Under the pieces are notes generated by a model. It was not told the DNA's origin and ran no database searches. It was given only the letters and a program-made list of their open reading frames with translations. A program made the position numbers and the translations under genes. This document shows, in pieces, positions 1 through 6,030 of a stretch of 10,523 nucleotides of DNA; position 1 is the stretch's first letter; every line of letters starts with the position of its first letter. This stretch comes from Candidatus Jordarchaeales archaeon (GTDB lineage: Archaea; Asgardarchaeota; Jordiarchaeia; Jordiarchaeales; Freyrarchaeaceae): contig JAWCFL010000004.1 of NCBI GenBank assembly GCA_038858525.1, positions 101,884 through 112,406 on the forward strand, given 5' to 3'.

Positions 1-10
1 ACGTGGCTCC

Positions 11-20
11 TTTAAATATA
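11..20 (+). promoter_or_regulatory. Candidate TATA box (TTTAAATATA) upstream of ssb
   Basis: Matches the archaeal TTTAWATA consensus. It lies at the window edge, so it could instead serve a divergent gene outside the window. AAGTATTAAA at ~59-68 is an alternative. Confidence 0.35.
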
Positions 21-87
21 CTTGAAATCGTCTTTCTGCCTTGTCTTGGTTGACCGATAAGTATTAAAGAGTGTGTTGCAGAAAATT

Positions 88-162
88 TGTTGAGCGGGAG
101 AAGTAAAGGGGCGTTTTTTCTGCTTCTGCGGAACGCCTTTTTCTTCTTTCGCTATTTCAACG
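88..162 (+). ncRNA. Long stem-loop (structured 5' leader or small RNA) upstream of ssb
   Basis: 93-113 pairs with 134-153 (20 bp, single bulge at T104). 118-123 pairs with 128-133 around a TTCT loop. There are five G-U pairs and no A-C mismatches, which points to an RNA fold on the + strand. GTTGA (89-93) / TCAAC (157-161) can extend it. Confidence 0.5.
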
Positions 163-180
163 TTGGTTTGAGGGTCCAAG

Positions 181-636
181 TTGGAAGAAAATGTGGAGTT
201 TAAGTCCGTGAACGAGTTGAACCCTGCTTCTAGAAGGGTGAACCTGAAAGTTAAAGTTGTGAATGTTAGCGACGTCCGAGAAGTTGTTTCTAGGCGCGAC
301 GGGTCAGTGCACAAGGTTGCCGAGGCACTTGTAGGAGACAAAACAGGATCCATACTCCTAACACTATGGGACGATGCTATATCAGAGGTCTCCCCGGGCT
401 CATCCATGATGATAAAAAACGGTTACGTTAGCCTCTTCAGGGGGCAAATGCGCCTTAACCTAGGACGCTACGGCAACATAGAAACAATAGAGGAAGAAAT
501 AGAGGCAAACACAGACAACAATCTCTCCGACAACGTTTACAGGCAGCCAAGCATGCCACGCTCCTCTTTTGGTCAAGGCGAACCTTACAGGAAAAAGCCC
601 CGGAGAGGAGGACAGAAACCTAGACGGAGAAGGTAA
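181..636 (+). CDS. ssb: Single-OB-fold single-stranded DNA-binding protein (crenarchaeal SSB / hSSB1-like) with a basic disordered tail
   Basis: VNLKVKVV...VAEALVGDKTGSILLTLWD...IKNGYVSLFRGQMRLNLGRYG matches the Sulfolobus-type SSB OB fold. TTG start with SD-like GAGGGT at 170-175. Confidence 0.92.
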   Translation: MEENVEFKSVNELNPASRRVNLKVKVVNVSDVREVVSRRDGSVHKVAEALVGDKTGSILLTLWDDAISEVSPGSSMMIKNGYVSLFRGQMRLNLGRYGNIETIEEEIEANTDNNLSDNVYRQPSMPRSSFGQGEPYRKKPRRGGQKPRRRR

Positions 637-668
637 GCCCCGAAGGGCTCCACTTTATTGTCAATTAT
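636..668 (+). terminator. Hairpin plus T-rich tract between the convergent ssb and GTPase genes
   Basis: AGCCC-CGAA-GGGCT (636-649) lies immediately at the ssb stop and is followed by CTTTATTGTCAATTATTTT. Confidence 0.5.
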
Positions 669-1187
669 TTATTCAATTTTACGGGAGATTAGTCTCTCAG
701 CGATCAGCTCAAAAATCTTGATAACGTTCTTACCGCTTTTTGCAGATGTTTCCACGTAGGGGAATCCTAGTTTATCTGCCTGCTCCATGGCTTCATCAAG
801 TGAAACCTGTCTTTCCTCTATGAGGTCTGACTTATTTCCAACTATTATTATGGCTAAATTAGGGTTCGCATAAGTCTGCATACGTGAAATCCATTTGGGT
901 ATGTTATCGAAGGTTTCTCTACGAGTTAGGTCAAAAACAGCTAATCCTCCTGCCGCGCCTTTATAATATGCCGGCGCAAGTGTGTCGAACTTCTCCTGTC
1001 CCCCAATATCCCAAATGGAAAGCTTAACAGTTACCCCCTTCACGTAAACTTCCTTACTCATTATCTGAGTTCCCACGGTAGCCTTGTAATCGTGCTGGAA
1101 GAAGCCCTGCACATACCTCATAACAAGACTAGTCTTTCCAACAGCAGGGTCGCCAACCATCACTATCTTAAAGAGATACGCACTCAA
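669..1187 (-). CDS. Rab-like small GTPase (Ras superfamily; eukaryotic signature protein)
   Basis: G1 GDPAVGKTS, G2 T in KATVG, G3 WDIGGQE, G4 NKSD, G5 ETSAK. RabF-like motifs VGTQI, KLSIW, KFDTLA, YYKGA, AVFDLT. No C-terminal Cys. TTG start with SD GAGGAGTGA just upstream. Confidence 0.95.
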   Translation of the reverse strand: MSAYLFKIVMVGDPAVGKTSLVMRYVQGFFQHDYKATVGTQIMSKEVYVKGVTVKLSIWDIGGQEKFDTLAPAYYKGAAGGLAVFDLTRRETFDNIPKWISRMQTYANPNLAIIIVGNKSDLIEERQVSLDEAMEQADKLGFPYVETSAKSGKNVIKIFELIAERLISRKIE

Positions 1188-1577
1188 GCAGTCACTCCTC
1201 CATATTTATTTTTCATTTCTGAAAAGAAAGCTTGGATCTTCTTCGTCCTTGCCTTCACACGTTCTGCCAAAGTATTTCACAAAACTTCTCGGTCCGTTTC
1301 ACCATCCGGTCCTTTATTTGCCAGCTGGCCCCTCTTATTGGGGGACAAGCGCCTCCACCATGACGTTTACCTGCGGCTCACTGTTTGTCTCAGATTTAAT
1401 TTCGCTGCTTTTAAAAAATAATCTTTTCGTTGTAAAGTATTATTGCTGTTCTCTTTACGCTTAGACGCTGTTCCTCTTGCCTGCTAATGACTAAACCAGT
1501 TTCTTCATGGAAGCGAAAAACCCTTATTCATTATTGTTCCTTTTTTTATGGAATGAAATTTTGAGGAGGGAATAGTT

Positions 1578-3200
1578 CTGTCTGGCGCATCTGTTGTTCA
1601 TGCCTTAAAGAGCAGGGTTGACGAGGCTAAACAGGCTTTGGACAGGAGTGTTAAAGAGATTCTCGGAAAAATTAGCGAGCTTGAGGCGTACGTTTCCTCT
1701 TCATCAGTCTCCCTGGGAGGGGCGTTGGAGGAGGCACTGAAGGGTAAGGTGGCTGAGCTTGAAGCGTCCGTCAATTCCCTCTCGGATAAAGTAGCGGAGT
1801 TCGTGAATGCTTTCTACGAACGGGAGTCATCCTCGCTGAAAGAGTTCTATGAGCTTCTGTCTTCCGTTGTCGCGTCGTCGTCGGAGTCAACGTCCTCGGC
1901 TCTTAAGGAGTTGTCTGCTTCATCCTCGTCAGCTATAAACTTAGCGGTCAGTGATGCGTCCTCGTCCAGCAAGCAGGCGGCCGGTAGCGTGGCTAGGCTT
2001 GTTGGGGAGCAGAAAGGAGGAACTATGGCTAGAGTTGATGAGCTGGTTTCATCGCAACTATCAGCATTCAAAAGTAAGGTTTCCACCATTGAGAAGTCCA
2101 CCTTTGACCTCATAGACTCCTCCTCGTCGCTATCTGCTGAAGCAATCAGCAGGGCGTCAAGCGTCGTCCAGTCAGCTGTTTCGGACTTGGTGGCGCAGCT
2201 TCAGGACATGCAAAGGCGACTGCACGACGTCGGCGTCTCCCTTCAAGGTAGCTTGGAGGAAGCTAAGAACAGAGTTTCCCAAGAGTCGGAGAAGGCTAAG
2301 AAGAGAGTTGATGAGTCATTCAGGCTCGCCATATCGGACGTGGAGAAGGGCTTCTCATCTTTTAGCGGCGAGGTAAAGCTCAGCATTGAAAGGCTGGCAT
2401 CATCGGTGTCAAGCTTGGTGGAAGGAGAACTTAGCAGCTTAGCCTCAAAAATAGAAGGTGTACTAAGAAACGTGAAGAAGGAAGTGGAAGACTCCCTATC
2501 TTCGGCCTCAGAAAAGGTCAAACGAAGCTTGATGGATGCTCAAAACCAGGTTTCCGTGAGGCTTTCAGAGTCTTTGGAATCAGGCAAGACATCAACGGCA
2601 GAACTTGTAAAGAACGTTGAAGAGGAACTATCAAGAGCCCTGAAAACAGTAGGCGAGATCAGCTCTGAGGCTTCAAAGAAGGTTTCCTCAGTCCTCTCGC
2701 CTCTCAGCCAGAAGGTTACAGGCGAGCTAGAAAGCGTTAAGGCTAAAGTTGAGGAGATCGTTGGAACGATGAAGAGCATAGCCTTCACGGAGATAGTGGG
2801 CGTGGGACTTGTCGCAGGCTACGGCAACGTTAAAGAATACCTAAGGCAGTTAGTTAAGTCAGCTAAGTCCTCCCTCTTGCTCGTGATCCCAAATGTGGAG
2901 ACAGGAGATGTGGAGGCCATATTATCCATAAATCCCAGGGTGGCGCTTCAAGTAGCAGCTTCAGGGGACCCAGCCCTCCTAAGGAAGATCGCCTCTAGGC
3001 CAAATACTACTCTAAGAGTCCTATCGTCAGAAGAAGAAAAAATGCTGGGCGCCGTGAAGGATAGAGAAGAAGCTGTGTTTGCTTGGATACCCCCAAAAAG
3101 GGAGCAAACGGTTGCCATATGCAGCACGCTAGAAGGGTACATAGAGGAGTTTTCGAGGCCAATAAAGGAAACATGGTTTAAAGCGAAAAAATTAGAGTAA
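1578..3200 (+). CDS. Ser-rich 11-mer (hendecad) repeat helical protein with a C-terminal TrmB-effector/PLD-like domain; probable CTG start at 1578 (track start: TTG 1638)
   Basis: The frame is open from 1557, after TGA at 1554. SD GAGGAGG at 1563-1569 precedes the in-frame CTG at 1578. 11-residue hydrophobic periodicity runs over ~1749-2771. The C-terminal segment VAGYGNVKEYLRQLVKSAKSSLLLVIP...DREEAVFA...F..PIKETWFKAKKLE has the TrmB C-terminal/PLD-fold pattern without an HKD motif. Confidence 0.85.
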   Translation: MSGASVVHALKSRVDEAKQALDRSVKEILGKISELEAYVSSSSVSLGGALEEALKGKVAELEASVNSLSDKVAEFVNAFYERESSSLKEFYELLSSVVASSSESTSSALKELSASSSSAINLAVSDASSSSKQAAGSVARLVGEQKGGTMARVDELVSSQLSAFKSKVSTIEKSTFDLIDSSSSLSAEAISRASSVVQSAVSDLVAQLQDMQRRLHDVGVSLQGSLEEAKNRVSQESEKAKKRVDESFRLAISDVEKGFSSFSGEVKLSIERLASSVSSLVEGELSSLASKIEGVLRNVKKEVEDSLSSASEKVKRSLMDAQNQVSVRLSESLESGKTSTAELVKNVEEELSRALKTVGEISSEASKKVSSVLSPLSQKVTGELESVKAKVEEIVGTMKSIAFTEIVGVGLVAGYGNVKEYLRQLVKSAKSSLLLVIPNVETGDVEAILSINPRVALQVAASGDPALLRKIASRPNTTLRVLSSEEEKMLGAVKDREEAVFAWIPPKREQTVAICSTLEGYIEEFSRPIKETWFKAKKLE

Positions 3201-3209
3201 CTTTATTTT

Positions 3210-5045
3210 TCATATTCCTTTTTCTACGAGTTCCAGTATTCCAAGTTCTTCCAGCTTCTCTCTCGTCGGGATGCCGTCACGGCTCCATCCTCTAAGCTCA
3301 TAGTAAGTGTCTAGCATGCGCTCGTAGCTTTCAGCATCAAGCTTTACGCCCTTAAATGGGCCGCTGGGAAGTGGCTCGTTGAATACCCTCTTGGGAGGAT
3401 AGTCGTCTTTGCGTGATACCCCTCGCCTCACGCTTATCATCCTAGTCAAATTGAATATTCTCTCCGAAGCCTTCAGTATCTCTTTCTCGCTAAGGTTTAT
3501 GCCCGTCGCAGCAACATAGAAACCCACATAGTACTCGAAGGGAAGCTTAGTTTCGCACCATGGGAACCTGCAGACGCCAAGCGCATCGAAAAGACTTCTC
3601 TGATGCTGGAGAAGTATCTGCACCTCAACCTTCTCTCTGCCCGTCCCCAGCCTATCGTTCCTAGACTCCCACCCTATTATCGTCGACCTGTTATGGTGCG
3701 CTCCAACGTCACACGTTCCGTAGGCGAGGCTCATGCCGGGAGCAGCCCTAGTCTCGTAACCTGACTGTTCAAGCCCCTTAACATGCATAGCGTAGTTCTC
3801 ACAGCCACCTCCAATGATCTCAGCAGCTCTCCTCACGCCCTCAGCAAGTATGCCCCCTATACCCCTGCGGTAAGCGATTCTCTCAAGAAGGCTAAGAATG
3901 GTATCCCTGTTACCCCACTCGGGCTTCAGCCCGTCAAGGGTCAGCAGGCCGCGCTGAGCACACTCTATGGCGAAACCCACAACCACGCCAGCTGATATGG
4001 CGTCCATGCCATAGTGGTCGCACAGGTAATGAGCCGCGACAAGGTCATCCACGTTGCTGACACCCAAGTTCGAGCCAAGGAGCGCCATCGTCTCGTACTC
4101 CGGTCCGTCCAAATAAAATGTTTCGCCATTCAGTTTCACCTCACTAATAGTCCTGCAGGCTATTGGACATGCAAAGCACCCCCTCTTACCTCTCATGACC
4201 TTCATCTCGACAGTGCTGGCACTTATGCCTTCAGCCCCCTCAAAGACACTCTCAGCGAAATTCCTCGTTGGCAGACAGGCAACGTCCTGAGCCCAATCCA
4301 ACGTCATCATCGTTCCATACCTGCTGAACTGCCCAAAAAGCTCCCTATTCTCTATTATTCTTTCTTTTGCCTCTTCAAGTAGCCTCAGGAGACCCTCCCT
4401 GTCAGCCACGGGGACTTCTGCGTCTCCATCAAAGACTACGGCCTTGAGGCCCTTAGACCCCATGACCGCCCCTGTTCCTGTTCTGCCAGACTGCCTCCCG
4501 TAGTCGCTGGTTACACAGGCGAATAGGACAAGGTTCTCTCCTGCTGGCCCTATAGTTAGGGTTGCAACGCCACTTCCATGCTCCTTCCTTAGCTCCTCCT
4601 GAGCCTCTATACTGCCCTTCCCGACAATATGGGAGGCATCCCTGAGCTCCACGCAATCATCGCTGACGTAAAGATAAGCGAACTTTTTCCTCCAACCCTT
4701 AATAACCACGGCATCGTATCCGCACTGCTTAAGCTTCAATCCTGCATATCCGCCTACAGCGCTGTCCCCCCATATTCCTGTAAGCGGGCTCAGAGAACAA
4801 ACCGAAATTCTAGGTCCAGGCACCGGTAGCCCCGTCAGCGGACCAGCAGCCAGCACAAGAATGTTCTCCGGTCCAAGTGGATCAGTGTATTTGCCTGTAT
4901 GCTCCCAGATCATTTTTGCCCCGAATCCTCTTCCCCCTATGAACTTCAGCCACTCGTCCTTCTCTGTTGTCCAATCAATAACCTTGTAGCTGCCATCACC
5001 TACATCAACGACGAGTATCTTACCAATGTATCCGCCCTTCATCAC
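3210..5045 (-). CDS. aor: Tungsten-containing aldehyde:ferredoxin oxidoreductase (AOR/WOR family)
   Basis: GGRGFGAK, SPLTG.WGDS..GG, GRTGTGAVMGSKGLKAV, Fe-S ligands CFACPIAC plus GVCRF, GPEYET, GMDAIS, HVKGLE, C-terminal YYELRGW...GIPT.EKLEELG. 611 aa. Confidence 0.96.
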   Translation of the reverse strand: MMKGGYIGKILVVDVGDGSYKVIDWTTEKDEWLKFIGGRGFGAKMIWEHTGKYTDPLGPENILVLAAGPLTGLPVPGPRISVCSLSPLTGIWGDSAVGGYAGLKLKQCGYDAVVIKGWRKKFAYLYVSDDCVELRDASHIVGKGSIEAQEELRKEHGSGVATLTIGPAGENLVLFACVTSDYGRQSGRTGTGAVMGSKGLKAVVFDGDAEVPVADREGLLRLLEEAKERIIENRELFGQFSRYGTMMTLDWAQDVACLPTRNFAESVFEGAEGISASTVEMKVMRGKRGCFACPIACRTISEVKLNGETFYLDGPEYETMALLGSNLGVSNVDDLVAAHYLCDHYGMDAISAGVVVGFAIECAQRGLLTLDGLKPEWGNRDTILSLLERIAYRRGIGGILAEGVRRAAEIIGGGCENYAMHVKGLEQSGYETRAAPGMSLAYGTCDVGAHHNRSTIIGWESRNDRLGTGREKVEVQILLQHQRSLFDALGVCRFPWCETKLPFEYYVGFYVAATGINLSEKEILKASERIFNLTRMISVRRGVSRKDDYPPKRVFNEPLPSGPFKGVKLDAESYERMLDTYYELRGWSRDGIPTREKLEELGILELVEKGI

Positions 5046-5048
5046 CTG

Positions 5049-5378
5049 TCACCTCAGTCTCAAAGCTCCCTTAGGACACTTCTGGACGCATGCAGGCATA
5101 TCAACTCCTAAAGACTCGCAGAGGTCACAGTTCTCTAGGAATATGACCTCAGCAGTTGGAAGTTTGTTCTCAACTCTTAACCTTGCACTTGAAGGGTTCA
5201 GCGAACTAGTATGCTCCACGGCGCATGCAACCATGCACAACATGCACGCAGTGCATCTCTCCGGCATTAGGAAAATGCGCCTGCTTCCATTCGAATTTTC
5301 CTTTTCAAAATTAGGTTTCGACTCAAAAAGCGTCGTGTTCAGGTAGAAATTCAGTCTAGCACTTCGGAAGGCAACCAC
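5049..5378 (-). CDS. 2x[4Fe-4S] ferredoxin-like subunit co-transcribed with aor; start position uncertain
   Basis: CTACMLCMVAC and CDLC...PACVQKCP (8 Cys). The stop lies 3 nt before the aor start. The first ~30 codons do not resemble ferredoxin sequence. Confidence 0.88.
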   Translation of the reverse strand: MVAFRSARLNFYLNTTLFESKPNFEKENSNGSRRIFLMPERCTACMLCMVACAVEHTSSLNPSSARLRVENKLPTAEVIFLENCDLCESLGVDMPACVQKCPKGALRLR

Positions 5379-5426
5379 CCATACCTAAAAACCCCCTTAA
5401 GTAGGGGAACAATGAACTTCTTCTCC

Positions 5427-5440
5427 ATTTATATTTTTCG
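5427..5440 (-). promoter_or_regulatory. BRE-TATA promoter of the ferredoxin-aor operon
   Basis: The minus strand reads CGAAAAA-TATAAAT, a canonical BRE plus TATA. The predicted TSS is near 5400-5403. Confidence 0.6.
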
Positions 5441-5579
5441 TTCCGGCATGCCATACGTTTTTAACCATTCGTGAGTTCCAGACTCCAGAAAAGGCGCTTC
5501 CTAGGTGTAGCTCTTAGCGTTAGCGTCAAGAGACTTTCTCTGTAGGCTTAGCCGTCTACGTTAACCCGTTCCCCTCTGG

Positions 5580-5610
5580 CAAGTTAATGCTCTTTTAACT
5601 TGTTTAAACA
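5580..5610. promoter_or_regulatory. Inverted repeat CAAGTTAA-N7-TTAACTTG with abutting palindrome TGTTTAAACA; candidate operator
   Basis: Perfect 8-bp arms at 5580-5587 and 5595-5602, and a perfect 10-bp palindrome at 5601-5610, in the divergent intergenic region. Confidence 0.5.
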
Positions 5611-5623
5611 GTAATGTTTTGTC

Positions 5624-5638
5624 GATAAAGTTTAATTA
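5624..5638 (+). promoter_or_regulatory. BRE-TATA for the small wHTH gene
   Basis: GATAAAG-TTTAATTA, ~40 nt upstream of the TTG start at 5679. Confidence 0.45.
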
Positions 5639-5678
5639 TTCATTTCTCTCTTCTTACTCATAGAGAAGGGGTGGTATA

Positions 5679-5966
5679 TTGTCGAACCAAGTTTTTTATC
5701 TCCCCGAAGAAGCTAAGAGTGCTCTAATTCTACTCTCCCAAATGTCCCGGGGGGAACGGTTAAAGAACATCGTCAAGCGGCTTGAACGCTCCCACAGGCC
5801 TTGGACTTGTGGTAAGGCTGAGATGACACCTGAAGAAACGATAGAGTGGCTGGTTGACAGAGGGCTGGCCACTATGACTAAAGCAGGGTGGGTGGAAATA
5901 ACCACTGAAGGGAGAAAGCTCGTTCAGAAAATATGGATTGAAGTTCATAAGCAAAAAACAACGTAG
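5679..5966 (+). CDS. Small winged-helix protein, putative DNA-binding regulator
   Basis: IEWLVDRGLATMTKAGWVEITTEGRKLVQKI fits the wHTH recognition-helix/wing pattern (L...GL.......Y/V.LT..G..L). SD-like AAGGGGTGG precedes the TTG start. Confidence 0.7.
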   Translation: MSNQVFYLPEEAKSALILLSQMSRGERLKNIVKRLERSHRPWTCGKAEMTPEETIEWLVDRGLATMTKAGWVEITTEGRKLVQKIWIEVHKQKTT

Positions 5967-6030
5967 CAAAACCACCCCCTTCTTCACCTGCCTTTGCTTG
6001 TTGCTTCACTGGGTTGGATCCGTACCCATT

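Noticed and set aside
12-407. 131-aa minus-strand ORF opposite ssb
   Set aside because: Antisense shadow of a well-supported gene; Ser/Thr-rich with no family signal.
1320-1365. SAM-I-like GGTGGAGG on the minus strand upstream of the GTPase
   Set aside because: Only 8 nt match; the AUC/GAU P1, GCAACC and GGUGC elements are absent, and the gene context is unrelated.
1092-1464. Plus-strand ORFs 1092-1421 and 1249-1464
   Set aside because: No SD and no recognisable motifs; the first also overlaps the Rab gene antisense.
1847-2788. Three minus-strand ORFs inside the repeat-protein gene
   Set aside because: Antisense shadows produced by the biased codon use of the repeat region.
2799-3200. Active phospholipase D or nuclease
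   Set aside because: No HxKxxxxD catalytic motif; only the fold pattern is supported.
3783-5346. Several short ORFs on both strands within aor and the ferredoxin gene
   Set aside because: They overlap strongly supported CDSs and have no independent coding evidence.
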